Numbered from the stretch's first letter, positions 10,556 through 21,376 are shown. The stretch is 43,309 bases of DNA from Bacilli bacterium (GCA_017476705.1 JAFUZI010000078.1:1-43309); one strand, 5' to 3'. The notes: generated by a model from the letters alone, not told the origin. A program made the numbers and translations.

Positions 10556-11188
10556 ATGAACGATTTACTTAAAAAAGTGTTTGGCTGGATGTCAATTGGA
10601 CTTTTAGTTACATTTTTAACAGGTTATATAGTTGCAACAAATACTAATATGTTTTATTCAATGATTAATAGCTATTTATTACTAGCTATTATAGAAATAG
10701 TACTTGTAATAGTACTTAGTGCTAGAATTACAAAAATGAGTCCTACAAGTGCAAGAGTATTATTCATACTTTATTCATTTGTATCAGGACTAACATTCTC
10801 ATCAATTTTTGCATATTATGAGATGTCTTCAATTATATTTGTATTCTTAATTACATCTGTTGCATTTGCAATACTTGCATTTTTAGGATATAAAACTAAT
10901 ATTGACTTAACTAAATTTGGAACATATTTAATGATAGCTTTATTTGCAATTATTATCTGTGCACTTATAAATATGTTTGTAGGTGGATCTACATTTGCAA
11001 TTATTATATGTTCAATAAGTATTTTAGTATTTATGGGATTTACTGCATATGATGTTCAAAAAATATTATCTTTGCAAAATGTAATAGAAGAAGACAACTT
11101 AGCTATTTATGGAGCCTTAGAGCTTTACTTAGACTTTATTAACTTATTCTTAGATATATTAAGATTATTTGGTGATAGTAGAGACTAA
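10556..11188 (+). CDS. BAX-inhibitor-1/YccA family membrane protein
   Basis: 210 aa, seven hydrophobic segments, typical N-terminus (KVFGWMSIGLLVT). Confidence 0.8.
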   Translation: MNDLLKKVFGWMSIGLLVTFLTGYIVATNTNMFYSMINSYLLLAIIEIVLVIVLSARITKMSPTSARVLFILYSFVSGLTFSSIFAYYEMSSIIFVFLITSVAFAILAFLGYKTNIDLTKFGTYLMIALFAIIICALINMFVGGSTFAIIICSISILVFMGFTAYDVQKILSLQNVIEEDNLAIYGALELYLDFINLFLDILRLFGDSRD

Positions 11189-11198
11189 TAATAATATT

Positions 11199-11228
11199 AA
11201 AAAGAACTTTACATTGTAAAGTTTTTTT
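11199..11228 (+). terminator. Intrinsic terminator after the BI-1 gene
   Basis: AACTTTA (11205-11211) / TAAAGTT (11217-11223) followed by T7. Confidence 0.6.
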
Positions 11229-11236
11229 GTTATAAT
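11208..11236 (+). promoter_or_regulatory. Putative sigmaA promoter of rpsF-ssb-rpsR
   Basis: TTTACA, 17-nt spacer, TGtTATAAT (extended -10 at 11228-11236). Confidence 0.45.
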
Positions 11237-11256
11237 CTTAAACGAGTATTAATTTA

Positions 11257-11292
11257 CTCCTTGCAAGAAATTGCCGATATGACCAAAAGGAG
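11257..11292 (+). promoter_or_regulatory. rpsF 5' leader hairpin that sequesters the SD
   Basis: CTCCTT (11257-11262) is complementary to AAGGAG (11287-11292), the rpsF SD. The 24-nt loop carries the words discussed in findings. Confidence 0.4.
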
Positions 11293-11301
11293 GTGTAGAA
11301 A

Positions 11302-11592
11302 ATGAGAAAATATGAAATTATGTTCATCGTTAAACCTACATTAAGTGAGGATGAAACTAAGAAGGTTGTTGAAAACTTTGGTAAAGTTTTAACTGACAAT
11401 GGAGCAAAAATTACTGAACAAAAAGAAATGGGTCAAAGAGAATTAGCTTATGAAATCAAAAAATTCAAAAGCGGATATTATTACCTATATTTCGTAGAAG
11501 CTAGTAATGATGATGCTGTTAACGAATTTGATCGTTTAGCAGGAATTAGTTCTGACGTAATTCGTCATTTAATTACAAAAATTGAAGACTAG
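11302..11592 (+). CDS. rpsF: 30S ribosomal protein bS6
   Basis: MRKYEIMFIVKP… N-terminus; rpsF-ssb-rpsR order. Confidence 0.95.
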   Translation: MRKYEIMFIVKPTLSEDETKKVVENFGKVLTDNGAKITEQKEMGQRELAYEIKKFKSGYYYLYFVEASNDDAVNEFDRLAGISSDVIRHLITKIED

Positions 11593-11604
11593 TGAGGTAT
11601 ACTT

Positions 11605-12060
11605 ATGAATAGAGTAATGTTAATTGGTAGATTAACTGCAAAACCAGAACTTAGATATACAAATGCTAATGTTCCATTTGCTAGATTTACCATTGCTGTA
11701 AATAGACAATTCAATAATCAAGATGGAAATAGAGAAGCTGATTTCATTAACATTATAGCTTGGAGAAAACAAGCCGAAGTTATTTGTAATTACTTTGATA
11801 AAGGAAATCAAATTGCTATTGAAGGTCGTATTCAAACAGGAAGTTATGATGATAAAGATGGAAATAAAAGATATACAACAGATGTTGTATTAGATCAATT
11901 CCATTTCATAGAATCTAGAGCACAAAGAGAAAATGGTGTAAGTAATAATAATGTAACACCATATGATTATCAAGATACAAATAATAGTGTTGACATTGAT
12001 AATGATCCATTTGCTGACTTTGGCGATAGTGTTTCAATAGATGATAACTTCTTAGATTAA
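11605..12060 (+). CDS. ssb: Single-stranded DNA-binding protein
   Basis: OB-fold N-terminus MNRVMLIGRLTAKPELRYT and an acidic C-terminal tip (DDNFLD). Confidence 0.95.
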   Translation: MNRVMLIGRLTAKPELRYTNANVPFARFTIAVNRQFNNQDGNREADFINIIAWRKQAEVICNYFDKGNQIAIEGRIQTGSYDDKDGNKRYTTDVVLDQFHFIESRAQRENGVSNNNVTPYDYQDTNNSVDIDNDPFADFGDSVSIDDNFLD

Positions 12061-12075
12061 TAAAGGAGGATAACT

Positions 12076-12294
12076 ATGGCAGAGTTTTATAGAAAAAAGA
12101 AAAAAATATGTCAAATGTGTGCTGGTAAAGATGTAAATTATAAAGACGCAGACATTATTAAAAAATACGTAAGCGCTGATAAAGGTAAAATCTTACCAAG
12201 AAGAGTAACTGGTGCTTGCGCTAAACACCAAAGATATATAGCTAACGAAGTTAAAAAAGCACGTTTTATGGCTATTTTACCATTCGTTAAATAA
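12076..12294 (+). CDS. rpsR: 30S ribosomal protein bS18
   Basis: 72 aa; …[14 protein letters not shown]… motif. Confidence 0.93.
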   Translation: MAEFYRKKKKICQMCAGKDVNYKDADIIKKYVSADKGKILPRRVTGACAKHQRYIANEVKKARFMAILPFVK

Positions 12295-12321
12295 TAGACT
12301 ATTAATTAGTCTATTTTTTTT
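12293..12321 (+). terminator. Intrinsic terminator after rpsR
   Basis: AATAGACTA / TAGTCTATT stem (12293-12315), loop TTAAT, then a T-run. Confidence 0.7.
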
Positions 12322-12406
12322 ATATATATATAATGTTATTTTATAATGTAATAATAAGGCTTTACAAAATATATTTAAAAAAATTGTAAAAAAATTTTAA
12401 ATATGC

Positions 12407-12435
12407 TTGATTTTAAAGGCATTATCGCGTATAAT
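12407..12435 (+). promoter_or_regulatory. SigmaA-type promoter of the S10 operon
   Basis: TTGATT (12407-12412), 17-nt spacer, TATAAT (12430-12435). Confidence 0.6.
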
Positions 12436-12441
12436 TGACTA

Positions 12442-12569
12442 TGTGTGGAATGCATAGATGTGTGAGGTTGCCGATACACCAGGTTAAGTTGCAAGAAAAT
12501 TTAAACTGAAAGTCGGGTTTTTACACGGAGCAAGTCTATACTAGATATAGGCGAAAGGAGGATTACGAT
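12442..12569 (+). promoter_or_regulatory. Roughly 130-nt untranslated leader of the S10 operon (possible autoregulatory RNA)
   Basis: Long, relatively GC-richer leader between the promoter and the rpsJ SD (GAAAGGAGG). Confidence 0.3.
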
Positions 12570-12881
12570 ATGTCAAAGACTAAAATCAACATCAAATTAA
12601 AAGCTTTTGAACATAAAAATCTTGATAAAGCTTGTGCTAAAATTGTTGATACAGTTAAAAGAACTGGCGGTGAAGTAAGCGGCCCTGTACCACTTCCAAC
12701 TGAAGTTGAAAAAATCACAATTTTAAGAGCTGTTCACAAATATAAAGATTCAAGAGAACAATTTGAAAAGAGAACACATAAAAGACTTATTGTTATCAAC
12801 AATCCAAGTAAGGAAACAATTGATTCACTTACTCACTTAGAAATACCAAGTGGCGTTGATATTCAAATCAAACAAAATTAA
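12570..12881 (+). CDS. rpsJ: 30S ribosomal protein uS10
   Basis: [15 protein letters not shown]… and …GPVPLPTE…; first gene in the canonical S10 order. Confidence 0.96.
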   Translation: MSKTKINIKLKAFEHKNLDKACAKIVDTVKRTGGEVSGPVPLPTEVEKITILRAVHKYKDSREQFEKRTHKRLIVINNPSKETIDSLTHLEIPSGVDIQIKQN

Positions 12882-12897
12882 TTAGGAGGAATTATTT

Positions 12898-13638
12898 ATG
12901 AAAAAAGGAATCTTAGGTCGTAAATTAGGAATGACTCAAGTATTTACTAAATCTGGAAAATTAATTCCTGTAACTGTTGTTGAAGTTGAACCAAATGTAG
13001 TTACACAAATTAAAACAATTGAAAACGATGGTTATGAGGCAATTCAATTAGGTTTTGATACAAAGAGAGAAAAGTTAGCGACTAAAGCTTCAGTTGGAAT
13101 TACCAACAAAGCAAACACTACACCTAAGCGCTTCTTTAAAGAAATTAGAGGTGTAGATATTAACAATTATTCTTTAGGACAAGTTATCAGTGCAGATATC
13201 TTCGAAGAAGGAGAAGTTGTTGATGTTACTGGTACTACTAAAGGACATGGTTTCCAAGGTGTTATCAAAAGACATGGTCAATCAAGAGGACCTATGGGAC
13301 ATGGATCTCATTATCATAGAAGACCAGGTTCAATGGGTACAATGAGACCAATGCGTGTTTTCAAAGGTAAAAAATTACCAGGTCACATGGGAACACTTAC
13401 TGTTACAATCCAAAACTTAGAAGTTGTTGCAGTAGACGCTCAAAATAATTGCATTTTAATCAAAGGTAATATACCTGGACCTAAAAAATCTTTAGTAATC
13501 ATTAAATCAGCTGTAAAAAACGAAGGTAAAGTTAACACTAAAGAAGAATTAAATTCTTACAAAGTTGAAACACCAGTAGTTGAAGCTGTAGAAGAAACTG
13601 TAGTAGAAAATACTGAAGCTGCAGTAGAAGAAAACTAG
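12898..13638 (+). CDS. rplC: 50S ribosomal protein uL3, with an acidic C-terminal tail of about 40 aa
   Basis: GMTQVFT…IPVTVVE…[12 protein letters not shown] motifs. Confidence 0.96.
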   Translation: MKKGILGRKLGMTQVFTKSGKLIPVTVVEVEPNVVTQIKTIENDGYEAIQLGFDTKREKLATKASVGITNKANTTPKRFFKEIRGVDINNYSLGQVISADIFEEGEVVDVTGTTKGHGFQGVIKRHGQSRGPMGHGSHYHRRPGSMGTMRPMRVFKGKKLPGHMGTLTVTIQNLEVVAVDAQNNCILIKGNIPGPKKSLVIIKSAVKNEGKVNTKEELNSYKVETPVVEAVEETVVENTEAAVEEN

Positions 13639-13649
13639 GAGGTAATTAA

Positions 13650-14273
13650 ATGTCAAAATTATCTGTATTAAATATTAAAGGTGAAAAGGTAAAAGATATT
13701 ACTTTAAATGCTGAAGTTTTCGGAATTGTTCCAAACGATGCAGTATTATATGATGCAATTAGATTAACAAGAAATGCCTTAAGACAAGGTACACATGAAA
13801 CTAAAACTCGTAGCGAAGTTAGTGGTGGTGGAATTAAACCATGGAGACAAAAAGGAACAGGTAGAGCTAGAGCTGGATCTACTAGAAGTCCACTTTGGAG
13901 ACATGGTGGTGTAGCATTCGGACCACATATGAGAAGCTACTCAATCAAAATGAATCGTAAAGAAAGAAGACTAGCTTTAAAATCAGCATTAGCTTATAAA
14001 GCAAGTGAAAACAATATTATCGTAATCGATTCTTTCAATATTGAAAATGCAAAAACTAGTGAAGCTAAAAAAGTTTTAAATACATTAACAAATGCTAAAA
14101 ACATTTTAGTTGTAGTTGATGAATTAACTGAAAGCATGATTTTAGCTACACGTAATTTACAAAATGTTATTTTACTAGAAGCTAGTGAAGTAAATACATA
14201 TGATGTAGTTGCTGCTGATGTAGTTATTATAGAAGAAGCTGCTACTAAAAAAATAGAGGAGGTGCTTAAATAA
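13650..14273 (+). CDS. rplD: 50S ribosomal protein uL4
   Basis: [15 protein letters not shown] motif. Confidence 0.96.
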   Translation: MSKLSVLNIKGEKVKDITLNAEVFGIVPNDAVLYDAIRLTRNALRQGTHETKTRSEVSGGGIKPWRQKGTGRARAGSTRSPLWRHGGVAFGPHMRSYSIKMNRKERRLALKSALAYKASENNIIVIDSFNIENAKTSEAKKVLNTLTNAKNILVVVDELTESMILATRNLQNVILLEASEVNTYDVVAADVVIIEEAATKKIEEVLK

Positions 14274-14551
14274 TGAGTAACTATAGAGACATAATTAAAG
14301 CGCCAATTATTACTGAAAAAAGTTCAAGTTTAGCTGCAAATAATGTTATTACATTTTCAGTAGACACTAGAGCTAATAAAACACAAATCAAACAAGCTGT
14401 TGAAAACATATTCAATGTTAAAGTTGAAAGTGTTAATACAGTTAACGTTAAACCTAAGAAAAAAAGAGTTGGACGTTACGTTGGAAAAACTAACAAAGTT
14501 AAAAAAGCAATTGTTAAATTAAAAGAAGGAAGTTCAATTGAACTTAACTAA
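14273..14551 (+). CDS. rplW: 50S ribosomal protein uL23
   Basis: 92 aa; [11 protein letters not shown]; operon position. Confidence 0.95.
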   Translation: MSNYRDIIKAPIITEKSSSLAANNVITFSVDTRANKTQIKQAVENIFNVKVESVNTVNVKPKKKRVGRYVGKTNKVKKAIVKLKEGSSIELN

Positions 14552-14567
14552 TTAGGAGAGGATAAAT

Positions 14568-15395
14568 ATGGCTATTAAGAAATTCAAACCAATGACTAAT
14601 GGTACTCGTGGAATGACTAAATTAGACAACACTGAAATTACAAAATCAACTCCAGAAAAATCATTAGTTGTTACATTAAAGAAAAATGGTGGTCGTAATA
14701 ACCAAGGTAAAATCACAGTAAGACACCATGGTGGTGGAGCAAAAAGAAAATACCGTATTATCGATTTCAAGAGAGATAAAGATGGTGTTGTAGGTACAGT
14801 TGCTTCAATTGAATACGATCCAAATAGAACAGCTAACATTGCTTTAATCCAATATGCTGATGGTGAAAAAAGATATATTATCGCTCCAAAAGGTTTAAAA
14901 GTTGGTAATAAAATTGAAAGTGGAGAAAATGCAGATATCAAAGTTGGTAATGCACTACCACTTAAAAACATACCAGAAGGAACAGTTGTTCACAATATTG
15001 AATTAAAAGCAGGTAAAGGCGGACAAATGGCTCGTTCAGCTGGTTCAAGTGTTCAAATTTTAGGACATGAAGGAAAATATACATTACTTAGACTTACAAG
15101 TGGTGAAGTTCGTAAAGTATTAAGCGAATGTAGAGCTACAATTGGTGAAGTTGGTAATGAAGACTATGAATTAGTTAACATAGGTAAAGCTGGTCGTAAA
15201 AGACATATGGGTATTAGACCTACAGTTCGTGGTTCTGTTATGAACCCTAACGATCACCCACACGGTGGTGGTGAAGGTAGAGCACCAATCGGACGTAAAG
15301 GACCTGTTACTCCATGGGGTAAACCAGCACTTGGATATAAAACACGTAAGAACAAAAAAGCTTCAGATAAGTTAATTGTTCGTCGTAGAAAATAA
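14568..15395 (+). CDS. rplB: 50S ribosomal protein uL2
   Basis: [14 protein letters not shown] motif; 275 aa. Confidence 0.97.
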   Translation: MAIKKFKPMTNGTRGMTKLDNTEITKSTPEKSLVVTLKKNGGRNNQGKITVRHHGGGAKRKYRIIDFKRDKDGVVGTVASIEYDPNRTANIALIQYADGEKRYIIAPKGLKVGNKIESGENADIKVGNALPLKNIPEGTVVHNIELKAGKGGQMARSAGSSVQILGHEGKYTLLRLTSGEVRKVLSECRATIGEVGNEDYELVNIGKAGRKRHMGIRPTVRGSVMNPNDHPHGGGEGRAPIGRKGPVTPWGKPALGYKTRKNKKASDKLIVRRRK

Positions 15396-15413
15396 TGAGA
15401 GGATGATTTAAAA

Positions 15414-15686
15414 ATGGCTAGAAGTTTAAAGAAAAAACCTTTTGTTGATAGTTATCTAATCAAGAAAGTAGAAGCTTTAAAAGAATCTGGAAAAAATGAA
15501 GTTATTAAAACTTGGTCTCGCCGTTCAACAATTTATCCTATATTTGTCGGACATACATTTGCTGTTCATAATGGTAAAGAATTTATCCCAGTTTATGTAA
15601 CAGAAGATATGGTAGGACATAAATTAGGAGAATTTTCTCTTACACGTAAATTTGGTGGACATGGCGACAACAAAATTAAAAAATAA
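15414..15686 (+). CDS. rpsS: 30S ribosomal protein uS19
   Basis: [12 protein letters not shown]…HNGK.FIPVYV. Confidence 0.96.
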   Translation: MARSLKKKPFVDSYLIKKVEALKESGKNEVIKTWSRRSTIYPIFVGHTFAVHNGKEFIPVYVTEDMVGHKLGEFSLTRKFGGHGDNKIKK

Positions 15687-15711
15687 TTGATTGTCAGGAA
15701 GGAGGACTAAA

Positions 15712-16047
15712 ATGGAAGCAAAAGCGATTGCAAAAGGAGTTAGAATTGCACCTCGTAAAGCTCGTTTAGTTATAGATTTAATACGTGGTAAAAACGTAGT
15801 TGAAGCTGATAAAATTTTAAGTAATTTAAATAAGGAAGCAGCTAGAATAAGTAAAAAAGTGTTAACTTCTGCTGTAGCTAATGCTGAAAACAACTTAAGT
15901 TTAAATAAAGAAAACTTATATGTTAAAGCTTGCTATGTAGATGAAGGACAACCTTTTAAAAGAATGAAATTTGGTTCTCGTGGACACGTAGATCCAATTA
16001 AGAGAAGAACAAGTCACATAACAGTAGTTGTAAGTGATGAAAAATAG
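15712..16047 (+). CDS. rplV: 50S ribosomal protein uL22
   Basis: MEAKAIAKGVRIAPRKARLV. ATG 15712 sits 6 nt after GGAGGA, so I rejected the ORF-track TTG 15691. Confidence 0.95.
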   Translation: MEAKAIAKGVRIAPRKARLVIDLIRGKNVVEADKILSNLNKEAARISKKVLTSAVANAENNLSLNKENLYVKACYVDEGQPFKRMKFGSRGHVDPIKRRTSHITVVVSDEK

Positions 16048-16062
16048 TAAGGAGGATAACTG

Positions 16063-16740
16063 ATGGGTCAAAAAGTTAGTCCAGTCGGACTTAGAATTGG
16101 TATCAATAAAACTTGGGAATCTAAATGGTATGCTGGAAATAAAGATTTCGCTAAATACCTTGAAAACGATAATAAAATCCGTAAGTTTTTAGAAAAGAAA
16201 TTAAAAGACGCAGCAGTTTCAAGTATTTTAATTGAAAGAAATGCTAGTAAAACTGATATCATTATCAACACTGCTAAACCAGGAGTTATCATTGGTCATG
16301 GTGGAGACGATATTGATAAACTTAAATTAGAATTATCTAAATTAGTTGGTGAAAATGTTCAAATTTCAATCATGGAAGTTAAAAACCCTGATGTTGATGC
16401 AGCATTAGTTGCTGAGAACATAGCTCATCAAATTGAAAACAGAGTTTCATTTAGAATTGCTCAAAAAAGAGCTATTAGAAACGCAATGAAAGCAGGAGCA
16501 AAAGGTATAAAAACATCTGTTTCTGGACGTCTTGGTGGAGCTGATATGGCTAGAACAGAAGGATATACTGAAGGAAATACTCCACTTCATACTTTAAGAG
16601 CTGATATTGATTATGCTCACAAAGAAGCTGATACTACTTATGGTAAAATCGGTGTTAAAGTATGGATTTATAAAGGAGAAATCCTTGCCTCAAAACAAAA
16701 AGGAGGTAATACAAATGGCAGTAATACCAAAAAGAACTAA
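16063..16740 (+). CDS. rpsC: 30S ribosomal protein uS3
   Basis: [13 protein letters not shown]… with a KH domain. Confidence 0.96.
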   Translation: MGQKVSPVGLRIGINKTWESKWYAGNKDFAKYLENDNKIRKFLEKKLKDAAVSSILIERNASKTDIIINTAKPGVIIGHGGDDIDKLKLELSKLVGENVQISIMEVKNPDVDAALVAENIAHQIENRVSFRIAQKRAIRNAMKAGAKGIKTSVSGRLGGADMARTEGYTEGNTPLHTLRADIDYAHKEADTTYGKIGVKVWIYKGEILASKQKGGNTNGSNTKKN

Positions 16741-17140
16741 ATATAGAAGACCACATAAATTACGTTATGATGGTGTAGCTAAAGGTAATACAGAATTACA
16801 CTTTGGTAGATATGGTTTACAAGCACTTGAAGGAGCTTGGATTACACAAAATCAAATCGAAGCTGCTCGTGTTGCTATGACTCGTTACATGAAACGTGGT
16901 GGAAAAGTTTGGATTAATATTTTCCCACACTTATCATTAACTAAAATACCATTGGAAACTCGTATGGGTAAAGGTAAAGGTCAACCTGAAAAATGGGTAG
17001 CAGTAGTTAAAAAAGGTAAAATTATGTTTGAAATCGATCAAGTAAGTGAAGAAACTGCTAGAGAAGCATTAAGACTTGCTATGCATAAATTACCAATCAA
17101 ATGTAAATTTGTTATGAAGGATGGTGAGGCTAATGACTAA
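16715..17140 (+). CDS. rplP: 50S ribosomal protein uL16
   Basis: ATG 16715 follows AGGAGG (16701-16706): [12 protein letters not shown]…. The ORF-track 16607 start lies inside rpsC. Confidence 0.94.
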   Translation: MAVIPKRTKYRRPHKLRYDGVAKGNTELHFGRYGLQALEGAWITQNQIEAARVAMTRYMKRGGKVWINIFPHLSLTKIPLETRMGKGKGQPEKWVAVVKKGKIMFEIDQVSEETAREALRLAMHKLPIKCKFVMKDGEAND

Positions 17141-17336
17141 TAAGGAAATCAGAGAATTAACAACTGAAGAATTAAATAAGAAAATCGAAGAATATAAAGA
17201 AGAATTATTTAACTTAAGATTTAGCCAAGCTACAGGTAATCTTGAAAAACCATCAAGAATTAACGAACTTAGAAAATTAGTTGCACGTATGAAAACAATT
17301 ATTAGAGAACGTGAACTAAATGGGGAGGTTAAATAA
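17133..17336 (+). CDS. rpmC: 50S ribosomal protein uL29
   Basis: [14 protein letters not shown]…[14 protein letters not shown] 17133 follows GGTGAGG. Confidence 0.93.
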   Translation: MTNKEIRELTTEELNKKIEEYKEELFNLRFSQATGNLEKPSRINELRKLVARMKTIIRERELNGEVK

Positions 17337-17593
17337 TGGAAAAAACTAACCACGAATTAATGGGTAAAGTTGTAAGTGATAAATGTGATAAAACAATAAC
17401 TGTTTTAGTTGAAACTTATAAAAAAGACCCACTATATGGAAAAAGAGTTAAATATTCAAAAAAATATGCTGCTCATGATGAAAAAAATGAAGCTAAAGTT
17501 GGAGATACAGTTCGTATAGTAGAAACTAGACCACTTTCTAAAAACAAACATTTCCGCTTAGTTGAAATCGTTGAAAAAGCGATAATCTTATAA
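17336..17593 (+). CDS. rpsQ: 30S ribosomal protein uS17
   Basis: 85 aa; [14 protein letters not shown]…; operon position. Confidence 0.95.
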   Translation: MEKTNHELMGKVVSDKCDKTITVLVETYKKDPLYGKRVKYSKKYAAHDEKNEAKVGDTVRIVETRPLSKNKHFRLVEIVEKAIIL

Positions 17594-17618
17594 TTGAAAC
17601 TGGGAGGAGGATCAATAT

Positions 17619-17987
17619 ATGATTCAACAAGAAAGCCGTTTAAAAGTTGCTGACAACTCTGGTGCACGTGAAGTAAAAGTTATTCGTGTATTAGGTGGAA
17701 GTAAAGTAAAATTCGGAAATATTGGTGATACTGTAGTAGTTACAGTAACAAAAGCTACTCCTAACGGAACAGTGCCAAGAAGTAAAGTTTGTAAAGCTGT
17801 TGTTGTTAGAAGTAAAACTGGTTTAAGAAGAGAAGATGGATCTTATATTAAATTTGATGAGAACGCATGTGTAATTATCCGTGATGATAAGAGCCCAGTT
17901 GGAACTCGTATATTTGGACCAGTAGCACGTGAACTACGTGATAAAGATTTTATGAAGATTGTATCACTTGCTAAAGAAGTGTTATAA
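17619..17987 (+). CDS. rplN: 50S ribosomal protein uL14
   Basis: [16 protein letters not shown]…. Confidence 0.97.
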   Translation: MIQQESRLKVADNSGAREVKVIRVLGGSKVKFGNIGDTVVVTVTKATPNGTVPRSKVCKAVVVRSKTGLRREDGSYIKFDENACVIIRDDKSPVGTRIFGPVARELRDKDFMKIVSLAKEVL

Positions 17988-18005
17988 ATCGATTGGAGGA
18001 ATAAC

Positions 18006-18314
18006 ATGAAATTAAAAACAGGAGATAAAGTAGTCGTTATTGCTGGTAAAGATAAAGGTAAAGAAGGAACAATTACTAAAACATTAAAAGACTTAAACAA
18101 AGTTGTAGTTGAAGGTGTAAATGTTGCTAAAAAACATGTTAAACCAAACGGACAACAAGCTGGAAGCATTGTTGAAGTTGAAATGCCTATTCATGCATCA
18201 AATGTTATGGTAGTAGATCCTAAGACTAAAAAAGGTACCAGAGTAGGACACAATATAAACAAAGATGGTAAGAAAGTTAGAGTATCTAAAAAATCTAACT
18301 CTAACCTTGATTAA
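18006..18314 (+). CDS. rplX: 50S ribosomal protein uL24
   Basis: KOW motif [16 protein letters not shown]. Confidence 0.95.
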   Translation: MKLKTGDKVVVIAGKDKGKEGTITKTLKDLNKVVVEGVNVAKKHVKPNGQQAGSIVEVEMPIHASNVMVVDPKTKKGTRVGHNINKDGKKVRVSKKSNSNLD

Positions 18315-18331
18315 TTGGAAGGAGGGTATAT

Positions 18332-18871
18332 ATGAACCGCCTAAAAGCAAAATATAATGAGGAAATCGTACCAAGTTTAAAAGAAGAGTTTAAATATAAA
18401 AATATAATGGAAGTACCACGTTTAGAAAAAATCGTTGTTAACATGGGTGTTGGTGATGGTGCAGCTAACTCTAAATTCTTAGAAGCAGCTGTTGCTGACT
18501 TAGAGGCTATTACTGGACAAAAAGCAGTAGTTACTAAAGCTAAAAAAGCTATCGCTGGATTCAAAATCAGAGCTGGACAAGGTATCGGATGTAAAGTTAC
18601 ATTAAGAGGAGAAAATATGTATAACTTCTTAGATAAATTAGTAAGTATTACATTACCTCGTGTAAGAGACTTTAGAGGTATATCTCCAAAAGCTTTCGAT
18701 GGTAAAGGAAACTATACTCTAGGATTAAATGAACAATTAATTTTCTCAGAAATCGTTTATGATAACGTTGTTAAAGTACGTGGAATGGATATCGTTTTTG
18801 TTACAACAGCAAAAACAAACGAAGAAGGACTTGCTCTTTTAAAAGGTTTCGGTATGCCATTTAAAAAGTAA
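18332..18871 (+). CDS. rplE: 50S ribosomal protein uL5
   Basis: 179 aa; [14 protein letters not shown]…VNMGVG…. Confidence 0.96.
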   Translation: MNRLKAKYNEEIVPSLKEEFKYKNIMEVPRLEKIVVNMGVGDGAANSKFLEAAVADLEAITGQKAVVTKAKKAIAGFKIRAGQGIGCKVTLRGENMYNFLDKLVSITLPRVRDFRGISPKAFDGKGNYTLGLNEQLIFSEIVYDNVVKVRGMDIVFVTTAKTNEEGLALLKGFGMPFKK

Positions 18872-18883
18872 TAGGAGGAAATT

Positions 18884-19069
18884 ATGGCTAAGAAAAGTAT
18901 GATTGTTAAACAATCAAGAAAACAAAAATTTAAAGTACGTGAATATACTCGTTGTACAAGATGTGGTAGACCTCATTCAGTACTTAAAAAATATGGAATT
19001 TGCCGTATTTGTTTTAGAGAATTAGCTTACAAAGGACAAATTCCTGGTGTTACAAAATCAAGTTGGTAG
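18884..19069 (+). CDS. rpsN: 30S ribosomal protein uS14, zinc-binding type Z
   Basis: 61 aa; CTRCGR…CRIC cysteine pairs; ends …SSW. Confidence 0.95.
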   Translation: MAKKSMIVKQSRKQKFKVREYTRCTRCGRPHSVLKKYGICRICFRELAYKGQIPGVTKSSW

Positions 19070-19089
19070 AATGAAGGGAGGAAAAATTC

Positions 19090-19482
19090 ATGACAGATCC
19101 AATTGCAGATATGCTTACAAGAATTCGTAATGCAAATCAAATGCGATATAAAGAAGTTGAAGTACCCGCTTCAAAAATTAAATTAGAAATTGCCAGAATA
19201 TTAAAAGAAGAAGGATTTATCGCTGACTTTAAAGTTAACAAAGAATCTGTTCAAGATATGATGGTTTTAAACTTAAAATATGGTGAAAATAAAGAACGTG
19301 TAATCACTGGACTTAAAAGAATTTCTAAACCAGGATTACGTGTATATGCTAAAAGCAATGAAATCCCAAAAGTTTTAAATGGACTTGGAATTGCAATTGT
19401 TTCAACATCTAAAGGAATCATGACAGACAAACAAGCTAGAAAAGAATCATTAGGTGGAGAAGTTTTAGCATACATTTGGTAG
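19090..19482 (+). CDS. rpsH: 30S ribosomal protein uS8
   Basis: [15 protein letters not shown]…. Confidence 0.96.
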   Translation: MTDPIADMLTRIRNANQMRYKEVEVPASKIKLEIARILKEEGFIADFKVNKESVQDMMVLNLKYGENKERVITGLKRISKPGLRVYAKSNEIPKVLNGLGIAIVSTSKGIMTDKQARKESLGGEVLAYIW

Positions 19483-19495
19483 AAAGGAAGATTGT

Positions 19496-20026
19496 ATGAG
19501 CCGTATAGGTAATAGAATATTAACAATACCTGAAAACGTTACAGTTACTGTTGATGGATCAAAAGTTACAGTTAAAGGACCTAAAGGTGAACTTTCTACT
19601 GTAGTTAATGAAAACATTACTGTATCAGTAAAAGAAAATACAATTGAATTAACAAGAAAAGATGATAATTTCAAAAATTTTCATGGTACAGCTAATGCTA
19701 ATATCAACAATATGTTAATTGGTGTAACTAAAGGTTATGAAAAACAATTAGAGTGTGTAGGAGTTGGATACAGATTCCAAGTAGCAGGTAATAAAATTAC
19801 TGTAAATGCTGGTTATTCACATCCTGTTGTTGTAGAAGTTCCTGCTGGTTTAACTGTAGAATCTCCAAGTAATACAGAATTAAACATTAAAGGAACAGAT
19901 AAATGTCTTGTTGGTGAATTTGCTGCAAATATAAGAAAAATAAGACAACCTGAACCATATAAAGGAAAAGGTATACGTTATAAAGATGAACATATCCGTC
20001 GTAAAGAAGGAAAGAAAGCAGCATAA
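19496..20026 (+). CDS. rplF: 50S ribosomal protein uL6
   Basis: MSRIGNRILTIPENVTV…. Confidence 0.96.
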   Translation: MSRIGNRILTIPENVTVTVDGSKVTVKGPKGELSTVVNENITVSVKENTIELTRKDDNFKNFHGTANANINNMLIGVTKGYEKQLECVGVGYRFQVAGNKITVNAGYSHPVVVEVPAGLTVESPSNTELNIKGTDKCLVGEFAANIRKIRQPEPYKGKGIRYKDEHIRRKEGKKAA

Positions 20027-20052
20027 TGTAATTTAGTAAAGGAGAGTTAAAA

Positions 20053-20415
20053 ATGATTAAAAAAGAGTCAAGAAATGTAGCTCGTAAAGCTAGACATGCT
20101 CGTGTAAGATCTAAATTAAATGGTACAGCTACTTGTCCTAGATTAAACGTATTTAGATCAAACTCTAATATTTTTGCTCAAATTATCGATGATGAAAAAG
20201 GAATTACATTAGTAAGTGCTTCATCTATAGATAAAGAGTTAAAATTAGAAAACGGTGGAAATAAAGAAGCCGCTACTAAAGTTGGAGAATTAATCGCAAA
20301 AAGAGCTAAAGAAGCTAATATAAGTAAAGTCGTTTTCGATAGAGGTGGATACCTATATCATGGACGTGTAGAAGCATTAGCAGAAGCTGCACGTGAAAAC
20401 GGATTAGAATTCTAA
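20053..20415 (+). CDS. rplR: 50S ribosomal protein uL18
   Basis: 120 aa; …[14 protein letters not shown]…[12 protein letters not shown]. Confidence 0.96.
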   Translation: MIKKESRNVARKARHARVRSKLNGTATCPRLNVFRSNSNIFAQIIDDEKGITLVSASSIDKELKLENGGNKEAATKVGELIAKRAKEANISKVVFDRGGYLYHGRVEALAEAARENGLEF

Positions 20416-20428
20416 TAGGAGGGTAAAT

Positions 20429-20932
20429 ATGGAAAATAGAAAAAGAACACCACGCCCAAAACAATATGAAGAACAAGTAATCAATATTGGTAGAGTTACA
20501 AAAGTAACTAAAGGTGGTCGTCATTTCCGTTTTTCAGCAACAGTAGTTGTTGGAGATAGAAAAGGTAAAGTTGGTCTAGGTACTGGTAAAGCAAACGAAG
20601 TACCAGATGCAATTAAAAAAGCTGTTTCAGCTGCAACTAAAAACATTGTTAATGTTAAATTAGTTGATGATAGAACAATTTCCCATGAAGCAATCGGTGT
20701 TAGAAGCGCTAGTAGAGTTTTACTTAAACCTGCTGTTAAAGGTACCGGAGTTAAAGCTGGTGGACCAGTCAGAGCAGTACTAGAACTTGCTGGTGTTAAA
20801 GATATCTTATCTAAATCACTTGGATCAAATACAAAAATTAACATGGCTTATGCTACACTTGAAGCATTAAGATCACAAAAAACAATTGAAGAAGTTGCAA
20901 AACTTCGTGGTAAGAAAGTTGAGGAGATTTAA
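20429..20932 (+). CDS. rpsE: 30S ribosomal protein uS5
   Basis: …[25 protein letters not shown]…. Confidence 0.96.
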   Translation: MENRKRTPRPKQYEEQVINIGRVTKVTKGGRHFRFSATVVVGDRKGKVGLGTGKANEVPDAIKKAVSAATKNIVNVKLVDDRTISHEAIGVRSASRVLLKPAVKGTGVKAGGPVRAVLELAGVKDILSKSLGSNTKINMAYATLEALRSQKTIEEVAKLRGKKVEEI

Positions 20933-21375
20933 TGAACTTAAGTACATTATATCCATCAGAAGGTTCTACTAAAAGACGTAAAAGACTTGGATGTGGACCA
21001 GGTTCTGGTAAAGGTAAAACTTGTGGTAAAGGACATAAAGGACAAAATTCTAGATCAGGTGGAGGAAAAGGTCCAGTTTTCGAAGGTGGACAATTACCAC
21101 TTTATAGAAGACTTCCTAAAAGAGGTTTCTCTAACGCAAGATTTAAAACAACTTTTGCTACATTAAATTTAAGTGATTTAAATAATTTTGAAGATGGTGC
21201 AGTTATTACACCAGAATTATTAAAAGATATGGGAATATTAAAAAATCAATTAGATGGCGTTAAAATCTTAGGAAACGGAAAATTAGAAAAGAAATTAACT
21301 GTTAAAGCTAATAAATTTTCTAAACTTGCTAAAGAAGAAATAGAAAAAATGGGTGGAAAAGCAGAGGTGATTTAA
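20932..21375 (+). CDS. rplO: 50S ribosomal protein uL15
   Basis: …GRG.GSGKGKT.GKGHKGQ…. The start overlaps the rpsE stop (TAATG). Confidence 0.95.
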   Translation: MNLSTLYPSEGSTKRRKRLGCGPGSGKGKTCGKGHKGQNSRSGGGKGPVFEGGQLPLYRRLPKRGFSNARFKTTFATLNLSDLNNFEDGAVITPELLKDMGILKNQLDGVKILGNGKLEKKLTVKANKFSKLAKEEIEKMGGKAEVI

Positions 21376-21376
21376 A

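Noticed and set aside
9899-20844. Long antisense ORFs in the track (e.g. 9899-10504, 14552-14971, 15624-15893, 17843-18169, 18301-18564, 19251-19526, 20521-20844, and also 24960-25229, 25364-25645, 31499-31699)
   Set aside because: All lie entirely opposite strongly recognisable conserved genes (ychF, r-proteins, rpoA). They have no SD or promoter and low-complexity S/L/F-rich translations, which is typical of shadow ORFs.
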